NCBI GenBank assembly: GCA_051418015.1
Contig: JBPRGF010000031.1
Coordinates: 64,001 to 128,000, forward strand
Reading direction: 5' to 3'
Source of the DNA: Candidatus Nitrospinota bacterium M3_3B_026
GTDB lineage: Bacteria > Nitrospinota_A > UBA7883 > JBPRGF01
DNA: 64,000 nt
Shown piece by piece: positions 1 through 9,365 of the stretch; positions within the stretch are counted from its first letter, which is position 1; every line of letters begins with the position of its first letter. A program made the position numbers and the translations under genes. The notes under the pieces were generated by a model. That model was not told the origin of the DNA. It worked only from the letters and a program-made list of their open reading frames with translations, and did no database searches.

Positions 1-53
1 TCGGCCAGAACGGCGGCCTTGCCGACAAGCTCGTCGAGTTTTTTTTGCTCCAT
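1..53 (-). CDS. argB: Probable acetylglutamate kinase, 5' end only (runs off the window)
   Basis: ATG at 53 gives MEQKKLDELVGKAAVLA..., resembling the ArgB N-terminus (KA.VL.EALPYI). argB commonly lies downstream of xerC in deltaproteobacteria-like genomes. Only 17 codons are visible. Confidence 0.55.
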   Translation of the reverse strand, partial: MEQKKLDELVGKAAVLA

Positions 54-72
54 CGGGCGGATAGCGCCTTTC

Positions 73-405
73 TCAAACCCTGGTGAAAAAGGCGAGGATA
101 GCCGAAAAGCGGGACAATTTCCACACCGAGCCGAGCGACGCGGCGATCCTCCGGCCGCGCCGTTTCCTGGAGAGCCTTCTCCGGAGAGCCTCGTCCACGT
201 ACCACACGCCGCCCATGTCCATGGGGCGGACGCCGCTTTCCTTCACCACCCCCATCGGCCCGGCGGCGTAGGGGATCAGCCGCGCCACGGCGCCGTTCTC
301 GTCGTAGACTATCACCTCCACGTCCTGCCTGTTGACGAGGCCCAGCGTCCCGCGGGGGTATTTCTGGAACAGCTCCAGGCTTATCTTTCTTTTCCTCATG
401 CTCAT
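73..405 (-). CDS. Hypothetical protein (110 aa)
   Basis: MSMRKRKISLELFQKYPRG...; the start overlaps the xerC stop (ATGA), and the ORF fills the gap before argB. Confidence 0.55.
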   Translation of the reverse strand: MSMRKRKISLELFQKYPRGTLGLVNRQDVEVIVYDENGAVARLIPYAAGPMGVVKESGVRPMDMGGVWYVDEALRRRLSRKRRGRRIAASLGSVWKLSRFSAILAFFTRV

Positions 406-1394
406 CGGATCACCTTTGACGATGTTTTTCCGTTCTGTCCGGCCGCGCCGCCGTCGAGGGAGGCCCTGGGATGCGCGGCGTCGTAGACCTCCATCAGCCT
501 GCCGAGGCCGACGTGGGTGTATTTCTGCGTCGTGGAGAGGCTCGCGTGGCCCAGCATCTCCTGTATCACCCGCAGGTCCGCCCCGTTGTCCAGCAGGCTC
601 GTGGCAAAGGTGTGGCGGAGCTTGTGCGGCGCCACGGGACGGCCAAGGCCCGCCCTCCGCGCGCGCTCTTTCACGATGGAGTGGATCGACCTGACCGAAA
701 GCCGCCCGCCCCGGGCGTTGGTGAAGACGGGCAGGCCCCGCGCGTCGCTCTTTCTTTCCGGGGGGGTGTCCAGAAGATCGCGCAGGGCCTGCTCCGCGGC
801 CCGGCCGAAGGGGATGATCCTTTTTTTGCCGCCCTTGCCGTGGACCGTCATAAATCTCGATCCGAAATCCACGTCCTCGACGCTCAACGCGGCGAGCTCC
901 GAGGCCCGGGCGCCGGTGGCGTACAGAACCTCCAGGATGGCCCTGTCCCGAGCCTCCGCGGGCCCCGCCCCGCCGGCCACGCCGTCGAGCAGGGCCGACG
1001 CCTCGCCGCGGGTCAGAAAATCCGGCGTCCTCTTCGGCTTGGCGGGCAAGGAAACGCCGCGGGCGGGATTGCCCTTCAGGATGTCCACCTGGTTCAGGTA
1101 CTGGAAAAAAGCGCGCAGCGTGGAAAGCTTGCGCTCCATCGTGGCGGGGCTGAAACTCTTCTCGTACAGCGTCCCGGAAAATGCCCGGACAAGGGTGTGG
1201 TCCATGGCGGCGAGGGCGCCCTGGCCGGACTTTTCGCCCCAAGCGCCTATCCCACGCAGAAAATCGAAAAACTGCCGCAGGTCCAGCGTGTAGGCGAGGA
1301 CGGTGTTCATGGAGATGTTCTTCTCGGCCATCATCCGGTCGAGGAACATCTTTATGAACCTGTCCTCCGCCCGGTTTTTATCCTGTCCGCTCAT
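402..1394 (-). CDS. xerC: Tyrosine recombinase XerC-type
   Basis: SAM-like N-domain (NTVLAYTLDL, SPATMERKLSTLRAFF); catalytic motifs LYATGAR, GKGGKKR, HKLRHTFAT, LGHASLSTTQKYTH. Confidence 0.88.
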   Translation of the reverse strand: MSGQDKNRAEDRFIKMFLDRMMAEKNISMNTVLAYTLDLRQFFDFLRGIGAWGEKSGQGALAAMDHTLVRAFSGTLYEKSFSPATMERKLSTLRAFFQYLNQVDILKGNPARGVSLPAKPKRTPDFLTRGEASALLDGVAGGAGPAEARDRAILEVLYATGARASELAALSVEDVDFGSRFMTVHGKGGKKRIIPFGRAAEQALRDLLDTPPERKSDARGLPVFTNARGGRLSVRSIHSIVKERARRAGLGRPVAPHKLRHTFATSLLDNGADLRVIQEMLGHASLSTTQKYTHVGLGRLMEVYDAAHPRASLDGGAAGQNGKTSSKVIR

Positions 1395-1647
1395 GCCTTT
1401 TCCGAATGCAATAAAGGTACCAAGAGACGGCGCCAAGGTTGGAAATTAACTGGCGGAAATACAACAGGTTATGGCCGCTTACTTAAACGGAGCGATGAAG
1501 CGATCCCCCGGTGGCGGGTCATTTCCAACGTTTTTTGCAGTTTTTCGCGCCCGGGGGGATTGGAGGGGACGCCTCAACCGCTCCGGGCGCGTTCCGGGCG
1601 CGTCATTGGCGGCCGGTTCGCCGCCGCCTGAGAGCCGGGCGGAAGGG

Positions 1648-2175
1648 TCAGAGGAACCGGCCCTCCGTGAAGGAGACCCCGAGCGGCGCCTCGAAATCGA
1701 CAAAGCTTTCCGGCTCGTCGCCCTTGAAGATCACGTATATCTTGCGGGCCACTACCTGCTCCAGGACCAGCGGCGCCGCCAGCACCTGGAACTTGCGGGT
1801 GAGCATGACAGCGACGTTATAAGTCCGCGCGCCTTTCTCGAAATGGGGCTCGACGCGGATGATCCGCGCGCTGTCGACGGTCTCCGCCATCAGCTGGACG
1901 TTCACGGGGACCTGGCCGAACTCGCCCTCGAGGACGGCCTCCCTTGGCTCGAAACGCCTGCTCATCTGCCGGGCGACCTGCTCGGCGCTGTCGTAATGCG
2001 GGCTCTTGAAACGACTGCTAAGGGCGTAGTAGGTCTCGGCGTCGCTGGAGTAAAACGAGTCTATCAGGCCGAATATCAGCTTCTCGGCCGGGTCGTTCTC
2101 CCCGGCTGCCGCGTAACCGGCCGGCCCAAACACGAGGGCCGCGGCCAACAATGTAATAGTCTTTAACGCTTTCAC
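1648..2175 (-). CDS. Hypothetical exported protein (~175 aa)
   Basis: GTG start after an AGGA-containing leader; signal peptide-like N-terminus (KALKTITLLAAALVFGPAGYAAA). Confidence 0.65.
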   Translation of the reverse strand: MKALKTITLLAAALVFGPAGYAAAGENDPAEKLIFGLIDSFYSSDAETYYALSSRFKSPHYDSAEQVARQMSRRFEPREAVLEGEFGQVPVNVQLMAETVDSARIIRVEPHFEKGARTYNVAVMLTRKFQVLAAPLVLEQVVARKIYVIFKGDEPESFVDFEAPLGVSFTEGRFL

Positions 2176-2208
2176 TTCCTGATGCTCCTTATGCGTCAAA
2201 CTACCGTT

Positions 2209-2217
2209 ATTATAGCA
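2209..2217 (-). promoter_or_regulatory. Extended -10 promoter element (TGCTATAAT) for the 1648-2175 gene
   Basis: Perfect TGnTATAAT on the minus strand, 34 nt upstream of the GTG. Confidence 0.5.
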
Positions 2218-2275
2218 AATCGTTAAGCTCCGTTCACGGTCCGCCATGACTTTCTTATCGGCGATTCCGGCCGTC

Positions 2276-2845
2276 TCATGACCGGCCGCGGGCTATGCCA
2301 CTGTTTTCTCGACTGCTATATTCGATCCCCTCCGGGACAATGATATCCATATTCGTCCCCGCCACGGCCAGCGTCTTCGAAAGCCCCGTCCTCTCATACC
2401 ATCGCTCGATCCGCTCATCGGTCTCCTCCGGCGAAAGCGCCGAAAGCTCGCCGATGGTCATGTCCGCCGTCAACTGAAAGTGCGGCGCGTCCCTGAACGC
2501 CTCCCAGCGCCCGCCCCACTCGAACCCCAAGGCCTCGCCCGTCTCGCCGATCCGCTCCCACAGCTCCCAGTCGTCCCACACCGCCTTCCCGCCGACAACG
2601 GGAACCACGTCGCGGGCGACGCGGTATTGATGAGGCGACCGGCCCGCGTCCGCCTGGGTCACGACGGCGCCGGGCTTCGTCCTGCCGCGGGCGAAAAGCT
2701 CCGCCTGCTCCTCATACGAGCGGTACGAGCAGGTCGTTATCAGCTCTATCCCCTCGGCCAGCATGAAGGCGTCGTGCGCCCGGGCGGCGCGTTCGACGAT
2801 CGGCAGAAGATCGGAAAGTTTTCGAGACGGCGCCATCCCCCTCAC
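2276..2845 (-). CDS. M15 family L-Ala-D-Glu peptidase (phage endolysin)
   Basis: YRSYEEQAELFARGRTKPG, SPHQYRVARD, WGGRWEAFRDAPHFQL; the Zn ligands H/D/H are present. Alternative ATG at 2836. Confidence 0.88.
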   Translation of the reverse strand: MRGMAPSRKLSDLLPIVERAARAHDAFMLAEGIELITTCSYRSYEEQAELFARGRTKPGAVVTQADAGRSPHQYRVARDVVPVVGGKAVWDDWELWERIGETGEALGFEWGGRWEAFRDAPHFQLTADMTIGELSALSPEETDERIERWYERTGLSKTLAVAGTNMDIIVPEGIEYSSRENSGIARGRS

Positions 2846-4830
2846 ATCCCCTCCGGCAGGAACCAGCCCTGGGTGTAGATATTCACCTGGTCGGACGTCG
2901 CGACGGACATACAGACTTCTATGATCTGAGACGAATCCGTATAAGCGATGGCCGGATTGGTGGAATACTGATTATCCGTCCTCGCTTTGTCCACGAAGTT
3001 TCCCCCTCCGCTTGTGCCGTTCGGACGGATATAAACGCCCGCGTCGGCATCGACGTAGTAAGTATTAAGAGTGATGTCTCCCGCGGACGAGATCGCCGGG
3101 ATGGTGAGTGTCACGTCCGTCCAGGTCGTACTCGGCGTGAGACCGAGGGCGACGTTAATGCTTTCGTTGTATCGCACCCTGTCGCCGCCGTGGCTGAATT
3201 CCTTTATCTGGCCCGCCCCGTCCGTCCTGAAGGCGAAGACACAGCGATCGCTCCCGTTGTAATGGCCGCGTTTTGCCTGATCGTAGCTCGGCGCGGTCGT
3301 GGAGTTGAGGAACATCGCGGCCGTCAGCGTCGTGTTCGATCCGATGGCGCTCGCGTCGAGGTAGAAGTAATGCCACTGGCTCGCGCCCAGAGCCGACGAG
3401 TCCGGGTTCGACCCTCCCGGCCCGAAGGTAAAGGTCAGCTGCGACGTGACCTCGCGCATGACGCCGCCGAGCTCGTAGTAGCCGGAGTTGATCTTTACCG
3501 TCGTGGCCGATCCCCAGTCGAAACCGCACCGCAGGTACTCGCCCGCCATCACGGAGCCGCCGGACTGTGTCGTCTCCGTCCAGACCGCCGCTGTGGCCGT
3601 CGCGTCGAGACAGACGTACTCCTTGTCCGCGCTGACATCCACCCAGCGCGACCCGACGGAGTAGCCCGCCGACGAGTCGTCGGTCGCCGTGGGGGCGGAG
3701 ACGGCGGTAAGGTTGACCTTCAGGTTCTCGACGTTGCCGAGCCCCGCCTGCGCCTTCGTCACGGCATGGGGGTTGGCCGTATCGGCGATATGCGTGTCGA
3801 TCTGCGCGTGGGTGTTCGTCCCAATGCTGGAAAGCGCCGCATGGTCGATCTGCGCCCCATCCCCGCCGGAATGGTCATGGGCGTCCCCGCCGGTCACACC
3901 CTTGGCGATGGGGGCGTAGTCCGCGTCGTGGTCGTGGGTGGCTCCGGATTTGCCGGAAAGCTCCGTGTTGATCTTGTCCGCGCTCCACAGGTCCGTGATC
4001 CCCGTCGCGGCGTCGTTTATCCGCCTGTGTTCGTCGGCGCTGTAGTTGGTTAACGCATTATGGTTTATCTGCGTCTCCACGACGTCGATGTCCACCTCGT
4101 TGTTAACGGCGTCATCGGCGACCGTGACCTTCGCCGACGCGGCGTTGATATTCCTGAACTGAAGGTCCTCGCCCGCCTTCTGCTTGAACAGCCCCACGCC
4201 GCCCGTCCCGATATTCGACGCCGTGTTCGCCTCGCCGGAGGACGTGCCCGTGACGAACTCCAGCCCGTCCTCGGTCGCCTTCACTCTTGGGAAACGCCCC
4301 GCCTGCCCCGCGTAGTCCGCGGGCGTATCGGAAAGCCCCGTGAAGGCGCCATCCCCCAGGTCGCCCATCGTGGCGACGGGGTTGGCCGCCGAGGGGGCGT
4401 TGGCTCCCGCCAGGGCGGCGTCCTCGTCGGGGGTCAGGTGTTTTTGGGTGTCCTGTACGTGCGTGGCCAGGTTCGAGACCTCGGCGGATGTCAGCGTCTG
4501 CCCGCTGGTATAGAAGTCGTGGAAGGAGACCGCGCCGGAGCCCGCCAGGAGTTTCGCCTTGAAGGGGGAGTAGCCCAGCGCCGGGCTTATCGTCACATGG
4601 TAGTAGGTGTCCCCCGCCAGCTCGTCGTTCGGGTGCAGGGAGACGGAGAACTCTCCGTTCCCGTCCGTGGCCGCCTCCACAACGTTCATCACGTACTCAT
4701 GGGTGTTGACGTTGAACGCCGTGACCGCTATCCCGGCGCCGTCCACCAGGGTAAAGACGACGCTGACGCCGGACTGCGCCGTCCCGTCCGGCGCCTCTAA
4801 GGGGTCGCCGGTGTTGGTTATGGTTCTCAT
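2842..4830 (-). CDS. Phage tail fibre/receptor-binding-like protein (662 aa)
   Basis: Gly/Thr/Asp/Ala-rich modular protein with fibre-type motifs (HIADTANPHAVTKAQAGLGNVEN; APTATDDSSAGYSVGSRW); located in the tail part of the cluster. Confidence 0.72.
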   Translation of the reverse strand: MRTITNTGDPLEAPDGTAQSGVSVVFTLVDGAGIAVTAFNVNTHEYVMNVVEAATDGNGEFSVSLHPNDELAGDTYYHVTISPALGYSPFKAKLLAGSGAVSFHDFYTSGQTLTSAEVSNLATHVQDTQKHLTPDEDAALAGANAPSAANPVATMGDLGDGAFTGLSDTPADYAGQAGRFPRVKATEDGLEFVTGTSSGEANTASNIGTGGVGLFKQKAGEDLQFRNINAASAKVTVADDAVNNEVDIDVVETQINHNALTNYSADEHRRINDAATGITDLWSADKINTELSGKSGATHDHDADYAPIAKGVTGGDAHDHSGGDGAQIDHAALSSIGTNTHAQIDTHIADTANPHAVTKAQAGLGNVENLKVNLTAVSAPTATDDSSAGYSVGSRWVDVSADKEYVCLDATATAAVWTETTQSGGSVMAGEYLRCGFDWGSATTVKINSGYYELGGVMREVTSQLTFTFGPGGSNPDSSALGASQWHYFYLDASAIGSNTTLTAAMFLNSTTAPSYDQAKRGHYNGSDRCVFAFRTDGAGQIKEFSHGGDRVRYNESINVALGLTPSTTWTDVTLTIPAISSAGDITLNTYYVDADAGVYIRPNGTSGGGNFVDKARTDNQYSTNPAIAYTDSSQIIEVCMSVATSDQVNIYTQGWFLPEGM

Positions 4831-4887
4831 CTTCTTTCGTCCTTCGCTCGATTGATGGTGTTCATGATCCCCCCCGCGGCGGCGGCC

Positions 4888-5790
4888 CTAGGCGATCAGC
4901 TTCCAGCTCGTCCCGCCCAGGCCCACGTAGAGGTTTGAGTTCACCGTGTCGAAGACGATGTCCCCCGGGTCGCAGGCGCCGGTGGGCGCGCCTTCGATGG
5001 TGGGCAGGCGCAGCGTCCCGGCGGAGTAGTCGTGGTCGGCCGTCACCGCGGCGGCGGCGCTCTCGCCCATCAGCTTCGTCGTGGCGTCGGGGAAGGTGTA
5101 GTCGCGCATGTTGGTCAGGTTCGTGGTGAGCAGCCTTGCGCTGTTTCCCAGGTAGTTGATCTCGAAGTAGGAGTATGTCGTCCCGAAGTCGGTATGCTGT
5201 GTGTGCAGGCGCGGGTCGTCCCCCTGGCAGACGGCGCCGGGGCCCGTCCCGTAGACAGGCTCGATCACGGCGTCGACGTTGTTTCCGGTGTTGGTCATCC
5301 CGTTGGCGCCGGAGACGGTGTTCGTCTGCCCCGCGCCGCCTGTCGATCCGGCCGGGTCGAGGTATATCGCCGTGGAGGAGAGGACGCAGCCGAGCTTCGA
5401 CGGCGTGGGGGTGGTGGTCACCGTCCCCGACGCGGAAAGATAGACGAACTTGTCCGCAGGGCCGAAGGCCCAGCCGCCGCTCTGAACCCTGCCGGCGAGA
5501 CACAGGCGAACGGGGTCCCCCGCCGCCGCCGTCTCCACCGCCGCGCCGAGGGGATCGGCGAAGGTGTAGGCGCCGCTGGCGGCCAGGTAGGCCTTCTTCG
5601 CGCCGGTCCCGTCGTCCTTTATCACGGCGATCTGTCCCGCCGCCAGGTCCTCCGCGGCGGCGATCCGGTACATGAAAGACGGCTCATCGAGAAAATCGAG
5701 GTTCTCGTTGTTCCAGGCGTCCCACCCGTCGGTGGAGCCTGGGGCGGTCTTGCGCAGGTTCCTGTTCGGTGTGTAGCTTTGTATGGGCAT
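4888..5790 (-). CDS. Phage fibre/structural protein (300 aa)
   Basis: Fibre-type N-terminus (TPNRNLRKTAPG...NENLDFLD) followed by a DUF2190-like beta segment (AAEDLAAGQIAVI...VYLSASGTVTTT). Confidence 0.65.
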   Translation of the reverse strand: MPIQSYTPNRNLRKTAPGSTDGWDAWNNENLDFLDEPSFMYRIAAAEDLAAGQIAVIKDDGTGAKKAYLAASGAYTFADPLGAAVETAAAGDPVRLCLAGRVQSGGWAFGPADKFVYLSASGTVTTTPTPSKLGCVLSSTAIYLDPAGSTGGAGQTNTVSGANGMTNTGNNVDAVIEPVYGTGPGAVCQGDDPRLHTQHTDFGTTYSYFEINYLGNSARLLTTNLTNMRDYTFPDATTKLMGESAAAAVTADHDYSAGTLRLPTIEGAPTGACDPGDIVFDTVNSNLYVGLGGTSWKLIA

Positions 5791-5812
5791 CGGTCACGTC
5801 CTTTCGATCTTG

Positions 5813-6051
5813 TTCTCACCGCGGAAACGCCGAGGACGCGGAGAATGGGAAAATTTAAACTTGACTCCGCGTCCTCCGCTATCTCTCTCATCCTCCCCCT
5901 CGACGGGGGAGGGCTGGGTGGGGGTGAATGATTTATTCATACCCCCACCCCTGTATCCCCTCCCTCCGGGGGAGGGGAAAAAGAGTTGGCCGTCGCAGGA
6001 GCGGGCGGGCTTCGGACCTCAACCTCAAAAACCCTCCCTCCGGGGGAGGGG
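5813..6051. repeat. Compound REP/MITE-like palindromic repeat inside the phage-derived operon
   Basis: Hairpin gaggacgcggag/ctccgcgtcctc (5832-5843/5865-5876), then three CCCTCCC..GGGAGGG hairpins (5889-6051). These align, in reverse orientation, with 63465-63630 and partly with 17432-17525. Confidence 0.8.
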
Positions 6052-6097
6052 ACTATATTGAGTTTGTCATTTTGCGGCGCCTTCTCCAACACGGCTT

Positions 6098-8758
6098 TCA
6101 GTTCTCCATCACCTGGCCGCCGCCGTATGGCGCCTGGCCGAAGGGCGCCTTGCCTGCGCCTGAGCGGACGCGGCGGTAGCGCATGGCGTGGACGGTGACG
6201 GCGCCAAGCTCCCCGCCGTCGAGCGACCCGGGGTCTATCTCCACGGAGACCACCCGCATCCTCGTCTTATCGAGGCCGTCCATCTGGGCCGTGACTTCGA
6301 TGATGTCGTTCGGCTCCAGGGCGAGCTTTTTGCCAAGGGGGAAGGTCATGGTGTAATAGTCCGCCATCGAAGCGTGGTCGTTCAGGACGGCCAGGGCGTA
6401 GTCCTCCGCCTCCTGGCGCGTCATCGCGGCGGAGAGGGACGCCTCGTGGCGGCGAGGGCCGTGCACGTCCACGGAGCCCTGGTCGCGCATGGTGACCTCG
6501 CCGCGGCGGCCGGTCTCGTCTGTGTACGAGACGGTGATCTCGTTTATCACCGTCTCCGGCGCGCTCCGCGTCCTGCGGATCATGGGCAGGCCGCCGGGCC
6601 CGGCCAAAAGCTCGTCCTGGGTTATCACCGCCTCGCCCCCTTGCGCCGGGGGAGGAGAGAGGGGGTCGCGGACGGGGGCTTTTGGCGCCAGATCCCACTT
6701 GCCGGTGATGAAGTTTCTTTTCATCTCCACCCCAGCCTCCCGGGCCACCTCGCCCAGGAAATCGCAGACGGTCATCTGCCTTCCGGCGCGGTACTTGAGC
6801 CTCGGCAGGGACGGGTCGTCGTACCCATCGCCGAGCTCCTCCGGCGGAATCAGCGAGGCCATGATCTGGCCCGCCGCCGATCCCGGCCCGCTGACCAGCG
6901 CGGTCACCTCGGCGCCTTCGATGATCGTCTCCACGGGGTCGTATTCCAGCTCCAGCTCCACGCCGAGGAGGATCAGGCTGTTCGTGTCGGGCCAGACCGT
7001 CCCGGAGACCCAGGCGCGAAAGTCGCCGGTGATGGCGCCTTCGCTGTCGATCCTGGCGGCGACGAGATCCGTCACGTCACGGTAGAGGGTTATCTCTCCG
7101 CCGTGGCGCGGATCGGGGCTGGTCTGGGTGTAGGGGTAGCCCGAGTTGCCGGGCCATACCTCGAACTCGGCGCCCCTGCGCCCGCGGACCACCGTCCAGC
7201 CGGAGGGCTCTATCCCCGCGCCGTCGCCAAGCTCGCTCATGGGGAAGGAGTCCGACCCGCCGAGAAACTCCAGGTTCAACCGCCCCTGGGAGACATCCGA
7301 GGATATATCGAGCCCGGTGTAGGTGATGACCAGCCTGGCCGCGGCGAGCCTTGAGCCGATGGGGGGATAGGCCGGGGACATGACAAGCCCCAGCCGCGTG
7401 GAGACGGGCGCGCCGCCGCCGGACGCGGGGATGGCGAAATCGCCCAGGATGCAGGGGCGCTCCTCGGCGTTGTGGCCGTGGGGATATCGCGCCGTCAGCT
7501 GCCAGGGCCGCAGGTGGTCCGCCCCGGCGGTGAAATCCTCGTCGACGGCGGTCCACTTCACCCTCAGCAGCGAAGGGTTGCCCGCCTTGCCCCGCGCCGC
7601 GCCGCCGCGCCGGATCCAGGCTATCCCGAACCCGTGGTCCTTGACCACCTCGCCGCCTGAAAGCTCCACACCGTCGGCGAAGACCCTGGAGATGAACCCG
7701 CCCCGTCCCGGATGGAAGCCGTCCTTCGGGCTACCGGTGTCCAGCCCGCCGTGGTAGAACTGCCAGGGCGATCCCATGGCTGGCTCGGAGGCGGCGTATG
7801 GGCCCTCGCCGGACTCGTCGGAGCGGGGCCACAGCCGCCCAGGGGCCGGGGCGAAAAGCGGCGACGCGCCGGAGAGGGGCGTGGGGACGTAAAAAAGACC
7901 CGCGCCGCCGGGAGCGCCGAGGGGGTACTCCCACGCGCCGTCCTGGGTCATCGCGGGCGCCTTTGTGACGGTCAGCCGCCAGTCGCCTATGTAAAGGTCG
8001 AACGGCGCGGGATACGGCGCGGCCTGGCTGCTGTCGCCGCTTTCCGGGAAGCGGACGGCGAGCGTGGCCGCCCCCGCCGCCGGGTCGAAAAGCCCCGCGG
8101 GGCCTTCCACCACCCCCGCCCGCGCCGGGCCGGCCAGTGGCAGCCCCTCGACAAGGACGTCGTCGCCGAAGACGGCGGGTTTCCATTTCCCCAAGGTCTC
8201 CCTCGGCAGGCCGCCCCACTGGCGCCTGGTGTAGCGCCCCAGCAGAAGATCGCCCCAGGGACAGTCGCCCCCGGCCCATTCCCCCTCCCGGGCCACGATG
8301 TCCAGCGGGCAGACGAAGGGGGTTATCTCCATGGATATCTCCGGCCTGCCCGTGAGAACCGGCAGAAGGTCGTTCAGGGCGTCCGCCGAAGGCTCCGCGA
8401 GCCCCGCGCCGTCGAGCCACAGGTAGAGCGTGGCCGTGGAGGCGGCCAGGTCGTACTCCCGGAAAAGGCGGCTTACGTTCCCCTCCCCCGGCCCCAGGGC
8501 GCCGGGCTTGTTGGAAAGCTCCACGGTCGCGTCGGAGACCTTTATCTCGCCCCCCGACGGGTCGAAATACCTGTCCACCGGCCCCCACCCCATGACCAGC
8601 GGCGCCCAGTCCGCCCCCCACAGGGTGCACGGCCTGTCGGCCAGCCGCAGGGTCCTCTCCCCCCCGCCGGCCGGCCGCAGGACGATCTCGAACAGCCACA
8701 CGGGCCTTTTCAACGGCGCGGCCAGGGCCGCGTTCATCGCGTCTGAAAACTGTCTCAT
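6098..8758 (-). CDS. Phage tail-tip / baseplate hub-like protein (886 aa)
   Basis: Tail-protein-like N-terminus (MRQFSDAMNAALAAPLKRPVWLFEI) and a hub-like C-terminal region (INEITVSY..., DQGSVDVHGPR, LALEPNDIIEVT...MRVVSVEI). Confidence 0.72.
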   Translation of the reverse strand: MRQFSDAMNAALAAPLKRPVWLFEIVLRPAGGGERTLRLADRPCTLWGADWAPLVMGWGPVDRYFDPSGGEIKVSDATVELSNKPGALGPGEGNVSRLFREYDLAASTATLYLWLDGAGLAEPSADALNDLLPVLTGRPEISMEITPFVCPLDIVAREGEWAGGDCPWGDLLLGRYTRRQWGGLPRETLGKWKPAVFGDDVLVEGLPLAGPARAGVVEGPAGLFDPAAGAATLAVRFPESGDSSQAAPYPAPFDLYIGDWRLTVTKAPAMTQDGAWEYPLGAPGGAGLFYVPTPLSGASPLFAPAPGRLWPRSDESGEGPYAASEPAMGSPWQFYHGGLDTGSPKDGFHPGRGGFISRVFADGVELSGGEVVKDHGFGIAWIRRGGAARGKAGNPSLLRVKWTAVDEDFTAGADHLRPWQLTARYPHGHNAEERPCILGDFAIPASGGGAPVSTRLGLVMSPAYPPIGSRLAAARLVITYTGLDISSDVSQGRLNLEFLGGSDSFPMSELGDGAGIEPSGWTVVRGRRGAEFEVWPGNSGYPYTQTSPDPRHGGEITLYRDVTDLVAARIDSEGAITGDFRAWVSGTVWPDTNSLILLGVELELEYDPVETIIEGAEVTALVSGPGSAAGQIMASLIPPEELGDGYDDPSLPRLKYRAGRQMTVCDFLGEVAREAGVEMKRNFITGKWDLAPKAPVRDPLSPPPAQGGEAVITQDELLAGPGGLPMIRRTRSAPETVINEITVSYTDETGRRGEVTMRDQGSVDVHGPRRHEASLSAAMTRQEAEDYALAVLNDHASMADYYTMTFPLGKKLALEPNDIIEVTAQMDGLDKTRMRVVSVEIDPGSLDGGELGAVTVHAMRYRRVRSGAGKAPFGQAPYGGGQVMEN

Positions 8759-8768
8759 CGCGCCCCCC

Positions 8769-9161
8769 TCACAAAAGCTCGATCCGTATCGGGCCGAGGC
8801 TCCAGCGGCCGAACCCGGCGGGAGCGCTCGGCGCCTCCGTTGAAGCGAAGACGGCGCGGTGGACGGCCCCGGAGGAGTCCCGGTACTCGAACTCCCCGGC
8901 GCCTACGGCGTTAAAAAAACCCGTCCCGTCCGGCGCGGCGAAGGAGTCCCTCTCCCGGGTGGTCAACCGGCTGTAGGTTATGGTCACCACCCTTTCGGAA
9001 AGGCCCGCCGCCTGGCGGACCACCACGCCGCCAGCCGTTCGTCCGGCGGCGGCGGCGATGCGGGTGTCGAAGGATTCCCTCTCCTCGTCGGGCAGGCGCG
9101 GCGGGGCGAAGGTGTACGTCATCGAGGCGAAGGAGGGCCAGGCCATGGCGGGCTTTGTCAT
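8769..9161 (-). CDS. Distal-tail (Dit)-like small phage protein (130 aa)
   Basis: Position between the connector and hub genes; RTAGGVVVRQ..., TITYSRLT..ERDSF...FFNAVG..EFEYRD pattern typical of siphophage minor tail proteins. Confidence 0.55.
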   Translation of the reverse strand: MTKPAMAWPSFASMTYTFAPPRLPDEERESFDTRIAAAAGRTAGGVVVRQAAGLSERVVTITYSRLTTRERDSFAAPDGTGFFNAVGAGEFEYRDSSGAVHRAVFASTEAPSAPAGFGRWSLGPIRIELL

Positions 9162-9334
9162 GGCTTCCTCCCCGGGCCCGCGGCGCCGAGCCTTTCGCGG
9201 CCGGACCTTGCGATGTACCTTTCAAGCTCCGGGACGAGCCTGTCCCTTGTCCTCTTGCGCTCAAGCGCCCTGTCCCGCGCCCCCGCGCGCGCCATGGGCG
9301 CCGCGCTCATCCTGCCTTCTTTTTTCGGCTTCAT
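9158..9334 (-). CDS. Small basic protein (58 aa), possible tape-measure C-terminal relic; missed by the ORF track
   Basis: GGGAGG RBS, then MKPKKEGRMSAAPMARAGARDRALERKRTRDRLVPELERYIARSGRERLGAAGPGRKP; its stop overlaps the next start (ATGA). Confidence 0.55.
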   Translation of the reverse strand: MKPKKEGRMSAAPMARAGARDRALERKRTRDRLVPELERYIARSGRERLGAAGPGRKP

Positions 9335-9365
9335 CGTTGAACCTCCCTGCGGCCGATCACCGGCC

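Noticed and set aside
402..1394. xerC as the integrase of the phage-derived cluster
   Set aside because: It has typical housekeeping XerC motifs and context (argB downstream). It is separated from the cluster by a gene with its own promoter, no att repeats were seen, and Mu-like phages use DDE transposases.
2842..5790. Diversity-generating retroelement or invertible fibre cassette
   Set aside because: No reverse transcriptase, invertase or duplicated template/variable repeat was found by eye in the window.
5813..6051. CRISPR array
   Set aside because: The repeats are degenerate hairpins without regular repeat-spacer periodicity, and there are no cas genes.
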